Shown one piece after another: positions 19,092 through 28,230 of a DNA stretch of 39,580 bases. The stretch's first letter is position 1. Each line of letters starts with the position of its first letter. This DNA comes from Myxococcota bacterium (GTDB lineage Bacteria; Myxococcota_C; UBA6777): positions 1 to 39,580 of the forward strand of contig JAKLKB010000128.1 in NCBI GenBank assembly GCA_023150835.1, given 5' to 3'. The notes under the pieces are model-generated. The model ran no database searches, was not told where the DNA came from, and was given only the letters and a program-made list of their open reading frames with translations. Made by a program: the position numbers and the translations under genes.

Positions 19092-19528
19092 CGACTCTTC
19101 GGCGTGGAAACCCCCTTATGGGCGAGGGGGGAGGAAACGCCGTCCTTTCTTCGTGTGTAAGCGTATCCATCGGTGTGTTGAAGGATACGACAATGTTTGT
19201 AAGAAATGCCTTGTGTGGTACCACTTCGGGTTTTGGTGTTGAAGCTGCCTGAACTTCGGACGGCCACTCTTCCCACATAACACCCTGCTTTCTTTCCCTT
19301 GACGACGACAGCTTTCACCATGCCTCCTGTTTGAAAGCCATGCACCTTCTTTTCTCTTGCTTTCGGGCTTGATCGAGGGAAGACGACCCTTGGGAGTCTC
19401 GCGCTTCGCAACCCATACTGATCCATTCTGCACTTCTGCCGACTTCCCCGTCCCATCGCCTTGATCTCCAGCACTTCTTGCTCTGCCTCCACGCGCACAT
19501 TTTCTCCCGACACGCCCACACACACCGC
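19088..19528 (-). pseudogene. iscB: IscB C-terminal remnant
   Basis: AVCVG..LEIKAMGRGSRQ.CR.DQYG..FPR..K.VHGFQTG.MVKA..KGKKAG.YVGRVAVRSSGSFN..QGISYKHC..LQHTDGYAY matches the IscB C-terminus; PLMP, RuvC-I/II and HNH regions absent. Confidence 0.85.
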
Positions 19529-19835
19529 AGTTACCTTTCCCCATATTGACGGGGTGTTCTCGAAACGTGCGTTTCGGTAAAGTTCTTAAGGCCCGGTTGG
19601 ACGAGAGGTTTTGAAGACACGAAGCAGCCTTACCCAAGGACTGTCCGCGTGTCGCGCAGAGGCATCGGACTGGAGAAGCATCCGACTGTGCCTCTCTATT
19701 CTCTCCCAACGTTTCCTCCACCAAAGTTTCCCTCGGCTTCTCGAGGTGTTGGTCGACGTGTAGAGATCCAGAGCATCAAACCACCCGCAAGCATCCCGTA
19801 CAAGGCCCACCCTGTCAAGCGCAACATAAGCTGCC
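19092..19835 (-). mobile_element. Non-autonomous IS200/IS605-family (IscB-type) element
   Basis: On the minus strand: omegaRNA-like scaffold, iscB C-terminal stub, terminal hairpin GGCGTTTCCTCCCC..GGGGTTTCCACGCC, then GAAGAGTCG|ATGAA. Left boundary approximate. Confidence 0.7.
19530..19835 (-). ncRNA. omegaRNA / HEARO-like RNA scaffold
   Basis: On the minus strand: GGGCCTTG, GTCGACCA, ACGTTGGGAGAG pairing with CTCTCGTCCAAC, CAC..GGATGCTTCTCCAGTCC..CTCTG, GGGTAAG, TTACC, GAAAGGTAAC; lies directly 5' of the iscB stub. Confidence 0.7.
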
Positions 19836-19910
19836 GAAAAAAAATCTTTCTTCTTTGTGAGCTTTCGCGTACCTTCGGGAGGTTCTATCCAATCGAAGCG
19901 GTACTGTGGG

Positions 19911-20050
19911 CAAAGAAAAGCCGTGTTCACAAAGGTTCAAACAACACGGCTGCTTGTTTGAAAAATGTCTGTGTACCCCACCAACACGGGGTCAAGGGGC
20001 CTTCGGTCTATGGTGGGGCATCGGGCAAAGTCCCACAAAACAGGCCCAAT
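19911..20050 (+). repeat. Dispersed repeat family A, long copy
   Basis: AGCCGTGTT..AACACGGCT perfect inverted repeat; TTTGAAAAA; ACCCC..CGGGGTCAAGGGGC; CCCACAAAACAGGCCCAAT. Confidence 0.75.
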
Positions 20051-20095
20051 CATTCACCCCTATCCTAATAGGAATTCATCTGGGAGGTTCGAGCG

Positions 20096-21517
20096 ATGAG
20101 GCGAGCATGGTTGTTGTGCGTATGGGTGGTGTTTGGGATGTGGAGCGCATGGAGTGCGTATGCCGAACCTCCGCAGCTTTTGAACATCAGACCCTCTGCC
20201 GAGAGAGTCACCAAAAAGCGTGTCGCCAAAGATCTCGTTGGGATCGAACTTTACAAACGGCTGCTTCGAGAAACCCGCAGCCCCAAACCTTCGCCCTTGT
20301 TTCAAGCCCTCCGTCAAGAAGCCGTCACCACTCCGAAACCCTCGGGGGAAAAGCGCACCTTTGTCGGAAACCTCCGCATCCTCCACTCTGGAAAAACCGA
20401 GCTGATCTTGGCCCGTGAACAAGACGGAAAGCTCCATGTTTTGGCCCTCCCCAAAGATAAAGCTGCCCTCAAAAAAGGCGCTGCTTCGCCTTACGCAGCG
20501 ATCCACGAACTCGCACAACACAAACTGCAAGTGACAGGGGCGCTGTCTTTCGTGGACCTCGAAGGGACGCGCTTTTCGGTCTTGCAACTCACCGCCCCCC
20601 CCCAGCGCCAAATGCTGGATCGCTTGTTTTTCTTGCTGATTATCGCCTTGCTGTTTTTTACGATGGTCGGGATGGGATTGACCCTGACTGGGGAGGACTT
20701 TGCACGCATCGCCCAAAAACCACGCGGCATGATTGTGGGTCCGATCTGCCAATTCGGTCTGTTGCCGTTGTGTGCCTTTGTGGTCGGGCATCTCTTTGGA
20801 TTTGCGACGGCGTATCCTTTTATTTTCGTGGGGATGTTGTTGGTGACCGCAAGTCCGGGCGGTGTGACATCCAACTTGATGACTTACTTCGCGAAAGGTG
20901 ACGTCGCTCTTTCCATCTCTTTGACGGCCTTGTCTACGGTGCTTTCATTGGTCTTGACTCCGCTTTTGATGGCGCTGTACGCCGCAGGCATCCCCGAGAT
21001 CAAACTTCCCGTAGGGACGGTGATCGTGCAGATCTTTGTGTTGGTGATCCTCCCTCTTGGCATCGGGATGTTGGTGCGAGCCAAAGCTGAGTCCTTTGCG
21101 TTGCGCAGCGAAAAGTTTTTCTCTGTCTTGGGGATGTTCTCTCTGCTGTTTTTGGTGGTGGTCGGCGTCCTCAGCAACCTCGATAAGTTCGCTGACACCG
21201 AACGATACGGCCTGCGTTTTTATTTGAGCGTTTCGCTGTTGCCCTTGCTTGGGATGTTGTTTGGTGGGCTGCTCGCGAAGATACTCGGCGTGGGCAATTC
21301 TCAAGTCCGTGCGATATCCTTGGAAACAGGGCTACAAAACAGTTCGCTGGCGATGACGCTGGCGATCTTGTTGCAGGATCGGATGGGAGATTTTTATAGC
21401 TCGATGTTCTTCACTTCGGGGATCTTTGGGCTTTCGATGTATGTGAGCGGTGCGTTGGCGATCGCCTTGTTCCCGACGTTTCTCCCCCTTGATGAGGCCC
21501 CACAAGCAAAAGCTTGA
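20096..21517 (+). CDS. Bile acid:sodium symporter (BASS/SBF) with N-terminal exported extension
   Basis: MVGMGLTL..EDF, QFGLLP, SPGGVTSNLMTYFAKGDVALSISLT, ETGLQNSSLA; signal peptide AYA-EP; GGGAGG RBS. Confidence 0.9.
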   Translation: MRRAWLLCVWVVFGMWSAWSAYAEPPQLLNIRPSAERVTKKRVAKDLVGIELYKRLLRETRSPKPSPLFQALRQEAVTTPKPSGEKRTFVGNLRILHSGKTELILAREQDGKLHVLALPKDKAALKKGAASPYAAIHELAQHKLQVTGALSFVDLEGTRFSVLQLTAPPQRQMLDRLFFLLIIALLFFTMVGMGLTLTGEDFARIAQKPRGMIVGPICQFGLLPLCAFVVGHLFGFATAYPFIFVGMLLVTASPGGVTSNLMTYFAKGDVALSISLTALSTVLSLVLTPLLMALYAAGIPEIKLPVGTVIVQIFVLVILPLGIGMLVRAKAESFALRSEKFFSVLGMFSLLFLVVVGVLSNLDKFADTERYGLRFYLSVSLLPLLGMLFGGLLAKILGVGNSQVRAISLETGLQNSSLAMTLAILLQDRMGDFYSSMFFTSGIFGLSMYVSGALAIALFPTFLPLDEAPQAKA

Positions 21518-21566
21518 GCGACAATGAGGCGCGCAGCCCCGCTTCTTTTCGATATAAAGGCGGGTG

Positions 21567-22754
21567 TTAGGCCGTTTGGAAGATCGCTTGTTCGATACCT
21601 TTGGCGGCTTGTGCAACAGAGTATTGTTCGATCCACGTTTGGCAACAGGCCCCCATCTCTTTGGCTTGTTCGGGTGCGTCCACAAGGCGAAGCATCGCCT
21701 TTGCGAGATCTTGTTCGTTGCCTGTTTGGAACAAATAGCCCGTCTTCCCTGGCAACAAAAGATCAAGGTGGCAGCCGATCATATCACTGAGAACCAACGG
21801 CAAACCGAACAGCATCGCTTCGTTGGCGACTAACCCCCAAGCCTCGTACACAGAGGGCAAGACGAAAGCGTCCGATGCCATAAAATACCGACCCAACTCA
21901 GATTGATTCACAAAGCCCTGAAACATCAGCCGCTCCCCGAGGATCTTGCGACCTTCCGCCAAAACCTCTTCACGTTGTTCTCCATCCCCAAGAAGCAACA
22001 AGGCGACTTTTTTGTGCTTAGGAAGATGTGCAAATGCGCGGACAAGACACATCACCCCTTTTCGAGGAATTAATTTTCCAGAAAATAAAAAAACAAAAGT
22101 GTCGTCTTGGATACCGATTTCTTTTCGGCAGACCGATCGGTCAAGAACTTGACGTTGTTGGGAAAATAATTCGTCATCCACGCAATACGGCGAGAAAAAA
22201 ATACGGCTCGGTGCAACGCCATGTTTCAAGAGATGGAGTTCAGCTTGTTTGCCGATGCAACCGAACGCATCGACGCGGCGGTAGACGTTGCGCAAGACTT
22301 GGGTTCGGATCATCGTCTTCAATAACGGCGTTCGTTGCTTGAGATCCGTAAACTCCCCGCGCATCAAGATCTTCATACCCAAGGCTGGGGCGTATCGCAA
22401 CAACTGCCATTCAAAAGGCATGGTGTAGCCGCTGCACAACACCCAATCAAATTTCTCGGCGGTCAGGTATTCTCGAAGGCGCGGAATAAAAAAGCTCATC
22501 GGACGCTGGATATCACAGTCCTTGCGCAAAAATTCGTAAGGGTATCCCTCCAACAACGGCAGATCCCACTTGACCGCACGCCCAAATCCGGGATCGATGC
22601 CCCCCCGTACGCTGTGATCGCTCAAAAAATGAACCTTGATATCCAGATTCGAAACCTTGGCGAGCTTTTTCCAAATCGGGGCTTGGTATTGGATGGGATG
22701 CGTCACAAATACGCCAAGTCGCTTCATTTCGTTGAACATCTCCCTTCGTGTCAA
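21567..22754 (-). CDS. Glycosyltransferase family 4
   Basis: THPIQY, FSGKLIPRKG, FVLPSVYEAWGLVANEAM (EX7E); start may be 22739 or 22727. Confidence 0.9.
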   Translation of the reverse strand: MTRREMFNEMKRLGVFVTHPIQYQAPIWKKLAKVSNLDIKVHFLSDHSVRGGIDPGFGRAVKWDLPLLEGYPYEFLRKDCDIQRPMSFFIPRLREYLTAEKFDWVLCSGYTMPFEWQLLRYAPALGMKILMRGEFTDLKQRTPLLKTMIRTQVLRNVYRRVDAFGCIGKQAELHLLKHGVAPSRIFFSPYCVDDELFSQQRQVLDRSVCRKEIGIQDDTFVFLFSGKLIPRKGVMCLVRAFAHLPKHKKVALLLLGDGEQREEVLAEGRKILGERLMFQGFVNQSELGRYFMASDAFVLPSVYEAWGLVANEAMLFGLPLVLSDMIGCHLDLLLPGKTGYLFQTGNEQDLAKAMLRLVDAPEQAKEMGACCQTWIEQYSVAQAAKGIEQAIFQTA

Positions 22755-23050
22755 GCGGCGTGGGTGGCCCGTTGCAAGGGTCTCGCTGCTCTCGCCGCGT
22801 GTCTTGGCCTTGCGCTGTCTGCCGTATCGCGCTGTCTGGCCACAATTCGTGCGGAGTGTAGCCCTTCATCAGCAAAAAACAAGGGGGCCGAGGGCGAGGG
22901 ATCTGCCCGTTCGAGCGGCGTCCACAACGCTCTGCCTGCATCAGCAAAAATTCGCTCCGTTTTCTCTACACAAACACCCTATCTTTCCATCCGTCACGTC
23001 CCGCCAAACCGTAAAACCGTTTTGTTTCTAGGACGAAGATTATTTGTTGA

Positions 23051-23200
23051 CAAAAAAGACCGTGTTCGCGATGCTTCAAGCGGTGCGGTAGTTGGTTTCA
23101 AAAACATCCATTCGCCCCGTCCATAAGGGATCATCGGTGGTGGAACACTAAGTCCCAGACGACCTGTTCACCCCGTCCGTACGGGGTCATCGGGCGAAAG
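23051..23200 (+). repeat. Dispersed repeat family A, long copy with internal duplication
   Basis: CCGTGTTCGCGATGCTTCAAGCGGTGCGGTAGTTGGTTTCAAAAAC closely matches 5208-5253; TTC(G/A)CCCCGTCC..GG.TCATCGG occurs twice. Confidence 0.8.
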
Positions 23201-23212
23201 TAGATCGACAAA

Positions 23213-23911
23213 ATGAGCTACAAAAAGATCGGGGTATTAGGAGATATCCATACTTCGCATGAGCGCTTAGAAACGGCGCTGAACTACCTACATCAAGAGG
23301 TGGTGTGTGATTTAATCTTGTGTGTGGGAGACATCGTGGATGGGCCTGACGATGCGGAGGAATGCTGCGATTTGTTGCGCGAAGATCCCCTTGTATGGGC
23401 GGTGTCAGGGAACCATGATCGTTGGTGCTTGCAGGGACACCGACGAGAACTGAGTACCGCGACGCAAAAAGACGATCTATCCGAAGAAAACATCGATTAT
23501 CTTGTAGGACTGCCCGCACATCGGCTGCTGCCTATCCCACAAGGGCAACTCCTGATTTTTCATGGGGACGCGCTGGATCGGCCTGCATGGCAAGAACTCT
23601 ACGGAGGGAGTGCGGAGACGGAAGGTCGCTCAACGATCGATCTTTCGCTTGCCACCGCGTCTTCAGAACAGATCCGCAGCTTGTTGAAGCGATGGGCTGG
23701 GACTTCGGTGCGTTGGTTCATCCTTGGGCACAAACATCGGCGATTGCTGCGCTGTATCGAAGGCCATTTCTTCCTCAACCCGGGAGCCTTCCGTCACGGT
23801 CGCAGTTTTGACGTGGGGTTTTGTGTACTCGATCTACAAGCCCCAAGCGTGACATTCTACGATATGCCTCAGATCTCGACCATCCGACAAGCCCGCCACA
23901 TCGCGCTATAA
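23213..23911 (+). CDS. Metallophosphoesterase (YfcE/MJ0936-like)
   Basis: GDIH, GDIVD, GNHD, FHG, GHKH and NPG motifs. Confidence 0.88.
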   Translation: MSYKKIGVLGDIHTSHERLETALNYLHQEVVCDLILCVGDIVDGPDDAEECCDLLREDPLVWAVSGNHDRWCLQGHRRELSTATQKDDLSEENIDYLVGLPAHRLLPIPQGQLLIFHGDALDRPAWQELYGGSAETEGRSTIDLSLATASSEQIRSLLKRWAGTSVRWFILGHKHRRLLRCIEGHFFLNPGAFRHGRSFDVGFCVLDLQAPSVTFYDMPQISTIRQARHIAL

Positions 23912-23954
23912 ACGCAACGGTACAGTCGCCTCAAAAAGAACGGGCTGAAGAGCA

Positions 23955-24254
23955 TCAAGGCTCGGCCTCCCATGCGTCGTCCCAGACAAGCGCCCAGACA
24001 GCGGGCTGCAAGAAGACCGTTCGGCTGGCATTCAAGTGCGGGCGATGCCAACGCACACGGATACGTCCGTCGGCCAGTTGATCGAACCAGTGGTGTGTTT
24101 GGGGGTGTTGGAGATCGCTGCGCAAGCGTTCGACGATCTTGGCCGTCCGACGGAGGCTTTGGTGGTGCGGATCATCGAATAGTGAAAAATGCTTATTGCG
24201 GCTGCATGGGGAAAACAACAGGCTTTTGAGAAATTCGAGATCTTCTTCGGACAC
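23955..24254 (-). CDS. Hypothetical protein (SRNKHF motif)
   Basis: AAGGAGG RBS before GTG 24254; SRNKHF..F....RT.FL pattern that I recall from small myxobacterial hypotheticals. Confidence 0.55.
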   Translation of the reverse strand: MSEEDLEFLKSLLFSPCSRNKHFSLFDDPHHQSLRRTAKIVERLRSDLQHPQTHHWFDQLADGRIRVRWHRPHLNASRTVFLQPAVWALVWDDAWEAEP

Positions 24255-24478
24255 GCTGACCTCCTTTATGGTGCTTGTGCGCCGTCGCGATCGGGTCGGT
24301 TCGGATGGTTGTTGCGACACCCACTCGATAGCCCGCTCCGATCGGCGGCATAGAAACCTTCGCGATCGACTCCGTTTGGGTAGATGGTGCGACGGTGGGG
24401 AGGTTGGCGTGAGAGGGAAAGGGCTGTGTGCCATCGCTGTATTGTATGTGTAAGCTCCAGATCGCTAGAAAAAAAGAG

Positions 24479-24507
24479 TTGACAGGTGCAAGCGTGCTGG
24501 CTATCGT
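24479..24507 (+). promoter_or_regulatory. Putative sigma70 promoter for nfeD-flotillin genes
   Basis: TTGACA-N17-TATCGT, 54 bp upstream of the ATG. Confidence 0.55.
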
Positions 24508-24561
24508 CAGACGCACAAACGAATAAAGCCTATTCTACTCACCAAATCGGCGGAAAAAACG

Positions 24562-25236
24562 ATGCTCAATCTCTACTTGATCAGCTTGATCGCAGGCGGC
24601 GCATTGATTCTGGTCTCTGTGTTGTTTGGTGGCGACTCGGACTCTGATGTCGAAGCACACGGAGACTTGGATGTGCAAGGCGATCTGGACGTACACGCAG
24701 ATGTGGACGTGCATGGCGAGGTGGGACATGGCGAGGTGAGTATCGCAACGGAAAGTGGCGTGGCTTCGGAGCTTTGGCTACCTTTCTTTTCGCTGCGGTT
24801 TTGGATCTTTTTTGCGGCGTTTTTTGGGATGACAGGGACGCTGCTGTCTTTGTTGACAACGACCAACCCGCTGCTGGCGGGGTTGTTGTCGGGTGGAGTG
24901 GGATTTGTGTCAGGCTCTGCGATGGCGTGGGCGATCCACTTCATCCAAAAGCGCGATGTGTCAAGCGGGATCGCAGCTTCGGAATATCTGGGCCAATCGT
25001 GCGAAGTGCTGTTGCCGCTCGAAGCGGGTGAGTTGGGCAAGATCCGCGTGACCATACACGGCACACAGATCGAGCTGACAGCCCAAACCGAAGAAGAACG
25101 ACCGTTGGAACGCGGTGAAAAAGCCTTTGTGATCGGCTACGCGGACGGTGTAGCCCGAATTGTCCGCCATTTCAAAGAACTTGACGAGGCCACCCGCCCC
25201 GCTCTTCCATCGCACCCTCCCACCCAACGAAAATAA
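24562..25236 (+). CDS. NfeD-like (YuaF-type) membrane protein with OB-fold C-terminus
   Basis: N-terminal TM, D/H-rich linker, PFFSLRFW..FFGMTG, G.V..PL....GKIRV...G; lies upstream of flotillins. Confidence 0.82.
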   Translation: MLNLYLISLIAGGALILVSVLFGGDSDSDVEAHGDLDVQGDLDVHADVDVHGEVGHGEVSIATESGVASELWLPFFSLRFWIFFAAFFGMTGTLLSLLTTTNPLLAGLLSGGVGFVSGSAMAWAIHFIQKRDVSSGIAASEYLGQSCEVLLPLEAGELGKIRVTIHGTQIELTAQTEEERPLERGEKAFVIGYADGVARIVRHFKELDEATRPALPSHPPTQRK

Positions 25237-25239
25237 AAC

Positions 25240-25293
25240 GACGATGCGGATCGGACGATGCGGATCGGACGATGCGGATCGGACAATGCGGAT
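25240..25293. repeat. 14-bp tandem repeat, about 3.9 copies
   Basis: GACGATGCGGATCG x3 plus GACAATGCGGAT. Confidence 0.9.
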
Positions 25294-25519
25294 GCTTTCT
25301 TGTGGACGTATCGTTGCTTTCTTTTGTGATCTTGGCTGTGTTGTTTCGGTACTGTTGTTTTGATCTGACGTGGCGGCAGCTTTCCATCGAAAGGCTCGCC
25401 CACGCAGCGCATCCCGTCCACAGGCAGCGATAGGCGCGGTCTGTGGCACAAAGCATTCAGTCCAAAGAGATCTCCTGCGTTTTGTACGCGGGTGGTTTCG
25501 CCATCTTGGAGGTTTGTTG

Positions 25520-26836
25520 ATGAACCCTTCGCTGTTCTCTTTCGCCACAACCATCGATCCCACGCTTGTGTTGAGCGTTTCGGGTGGGATCGTTGCGTTC
25601 ATCCTTGTGCTGATCGTCATCGCAAAGATGTTTTTGATCGTCTGCCCTCCCAACCGTGTGATGGTCGTGAGCGGTCGCTCGGACAAGACCTCGGGCGGAA
25701 AGAAAGGTTATCGCAAAGCGATCGGTGGGCTTGTCTTTCGCATCCCCATCCTCGAACAAGTCGCACAGATGGACCTAACCACCATCCCGATCCACATCTC
25801 TGTACGCAACGCCTACTCCAAAGGCGGGATCGCCCTTCACGTCGAAGCTGTCGCCAACATCAAGATCAACTCGGATACCGTGATGATCAACAACGCGATC
25901 GAACGGTTTTTGGGCCAAGATCCCGGAGAACTCCGTCGTGCCGCCCAAGACACCCTCGAAGGAAACCTCCGCGAAGTCCTTGCGCGACTCACTCCCGAAG
26001 AAGTCAACGAAGATCGGCTTAGCTTTGCCAACGAACTGTCTAGCCTCGCCGAAGAAGATCTGAACAAACTCGGACTTCATCTCGATACCCTCAAGATCCA
26101 ACACGTCTCGGATAGCAACAATTATCTCGACTCCATCGGTCGCCAAGGGATCGCCTTGATCTTGCGCGATGCCGAGATCGCCGAATCCAACGCCCGCCGC
26201 GAAGCCGAAAATGTCGCGGCTGAAAAACGCGCCCAAGCCCAAGTCGTCAAAGAAAACACCGAAGCTGAGATCGCCAAGCGCCGAAACGAGCTCCGCCAAT
26301 TCAAAGCGGACCTCGAAGCCAAGGCCAAGGCCGAAGAAGAAAAAACCATCGCCGCAGCCAAAGAAGCCCGCGCCAAAGCCGAACAAGAACTCCAACAGAT
26401 CCGAGCGCAACTCGAGTCCTTGCGCTTGCAAGCCGACAAGGTCATCCCCGCAGAAGCCACCCGCCAAGCTCGGGAGATGCAAGCGAAAGCGGCTGCCGCT
26501 CCGATCGAAGAAAACGGAAAGGCCCTTGCTTCGGCCCTAAACAAGATCTCCGACGCATGGGTCCAAGCAGGCCCCCAAGCCCGCGATATCTTCTTGATCC
26601 AACAGCTTGAAAAGCTCCTTGAGATCGTCGTTTCCACCGTCAACAATATGCAGATCGGCCACGTTCACCTCATCGATAACGGCGATGGCAAGGCCATTCC
26701 CAACTATGTCCAGTCCTTCCCGTCCACCGTCACCGCGATCATGCGCTCGCTTTATGACTCGATCGGTGTGGATGTTCCTTCGATCTTGCGCGGTGAACAA
26801 CAACGCCTCACCCAACATGACGAAAAATCCGCTTAA
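25520..26836 (+). CDS. Flotillin family (SPFH) protein 1
   Basis: GGAGG RBS; CPPNRVMVVSG, NAYSKGGI, TLEGNLR, TPEEVNED, AEA-rich coiled coil. Confidence 0.9.
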   Translation: MNPSLFSFATTIDPTLVLSVSGGIVAFILVLIVIAKMFLIVCPPNRVMVVSGRSDKTSGGKKGYRKAIGGLVFRIPILEQVAQMDLTTIPIHISVRNAYSKGGIALHVEAVANIKINSDTVMINNAIERFLGQDPGELRRAAQDTLEGNLREVLARLTPEEVNEDRLSFANELSSLAEEDLNKLGLHLDTLKIQHVSDSNNYLDSIGRQGIALILRDAEIAESNARREAENVAAEKRAQAQVVKENTEAEIAKRRNELRQFKADLEAKAKAEEEKTIAAAKEARAKAEQELQQIRAQLESLRLQADKVIPAEATRQAREMQAKAAAAPIEENGKALASALNKISDAWVQAGPQARDIFLIQQLEKLLEIVVSTVNNMQIGHVHLIDNGDGKAIPNYVQSFPSTVTAIMRSLYDSIGVDVPSILRGEQQRLTQHDEKSA

Positions 26837-26894
26837 CCCCAAACGATGTTAACCTTTGCTTCCAAAAGACGAGGCATAATCCTAGAGGTGATCG

Positions 26895-28193
26895 ATGAGT
26901 CCTATCGCTGTGCTGATCTTGGTGTTGGCCGTTTCTGCGGCCTGCACCGTCTTGGTGATCAAGAATCTTTTGCACGTCTGCCCCCCCAACAAAGTGCTGA
27001 TCTTTTCAGGCTCCCAAACCGCCATCGAAACCACCGACAACAAGGGCCAAAGAAGCCGAAAGGTTGTGGGATACCGTTTGGTTTACGGGGGTCGGGCTTT
27101 GCGCCGCCCGCTGATCGAACGCGTCGATGATCTTGAACTCACCAACATGGTGATCCCGCTCTCGATCAAAAACGCTTACTCCAAAGGCGGAATCCCCCTT
27201 CAGATCGAAGCCGTTGCAAACGTCAAGGTGTCTTCGACAGAGCCGATTATCCACAACGCGGTCGAGCGTCTGCTCGGAAAGTCGCGCACCCAGATCATGC
27301 AGATCGCCAAAGAAACGCTCGAAGGAAACTTGCGCGGCGTGATGGCGACCATGACCCCCGAAGAAGTCAACGAAGACAAGATCAGCTTTCAAAAGAAGCT
27401 GCTCGCCGAAGCCGCCAAAGACCTCCGTGACCTCGGGCTGAACCTCGACACCCTCAACATCCAAAACATCTCCGATGAGCGCGGTTATCTGGACTCCATC
27501 GGGCGCAAACAATCCGCCGAGATCCAAAAACGCGCCATGATCGCAGAAGCCGAAAGCAAGGCCGCTTCCGAGATCCGCTCCGCCGAAAACCAACGCGATG
27601 TCGAGATGGCCCGCATCCAAGCCTCCACCGATATGGCCCGTGCCGAAGCCAACCGCCGTATCATCGACGCCGAAACCCGCCGTCTCGCCGTGATCGCCGA
27701 ACAACAATCCGAAGTCATCTCCGCCATCGCCAAAGCAACCGCCGAGTTGGCCGTCCAAAACGCACGCATCGAACAAGTCCGACGACAGCTTGAAGCCGAC
27801 GTGATCGAGCCCGCCAAAGCCTCTCTCAAGGCCGCCGTCGAAGACGCCATCGGTAAAGCCGCCAAGATCATCGAAGATGGCGCAGCCACCGCTGGCGCAC
27901 TTCAAGCCGTCACTCAAACATGGAGCAAAGCAGGCAAAAATGCTCGCGATATCTTCTTGCTCCAAAAAGTCGATGTCTTGATGCAGCGCGTCCTCGAAAC
28001 CGTTCATGACGTGCGCATCGACCAAGTGACTGTCCTACCCGCCTCCACAGGCGGCAGCACAAACCAAGAAACCCCTCTCGCCACCCGCCTCGTCTCCGCC
28101 TCCGAGCAAATCAAAGCCGCCCTCGGCATCGATATCGCCAAACTTCTCCAACCCAACAGCAAAAAAGACGACGCCGCTCCCTACGGTAGTTGA
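26895..28193 (+). CDS. Flotillin family (SPFH) protein 2
   Basis: CPPNKVLIFSG, NAYSKGGIP, TLEGNLRG, TPEEVNEDK. Confidence 0.9.
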   Translation: MSPIAVLILVLAVSAACTVLVIKNLLHVCPPNKVLIFSGSQTAIETTDNKGQRSRKVVGYRLVYGGRALRRPLIERVDDLELTNMVIPLSIKNAYSKGGIPLQIEAVANVKVSSTEPIIHNAVERLLGKSRTQIMQIAKETLEGNLRGVMATMTPEEVNEDKISFQKKLLAEAAKDLRDLGLNLDTLNIQNISDERGYLDSIGRKQSAEIQKRAMIAEAESKAASEIRSAENQRDVEMARIQASTDMARAEANRRIIDAETRRLAVIAEQQSEVISAIAKATAELAVQNARIEQVRRQLEADVIEPAKASLKAAVEDAIGKAAKIIEDGAATAGALQAVTQTWSKAGKNARDIFLLQKVDVLMQRVLETVHDVRIDQVTVLPASTGGSTNQETPLATRLVSASEQIKAALGIDIAKLLQPNSKKDDAAPYGS

Positions 28194-28230
28194 TCCCCTC
28201 CTTCAACCGTAGCCCCCTCCCCCCATCTCC

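Noticed and set aside
19088-19835. Functional IscB nuclease
   Set aside because: Only about 125 C-terminal codons remain; the HNH and most RuvC motifs are missing.
24562-28193. nfeD plus two flotillins as a novel system
   Set aside because: This is a well-known gene arrangement.
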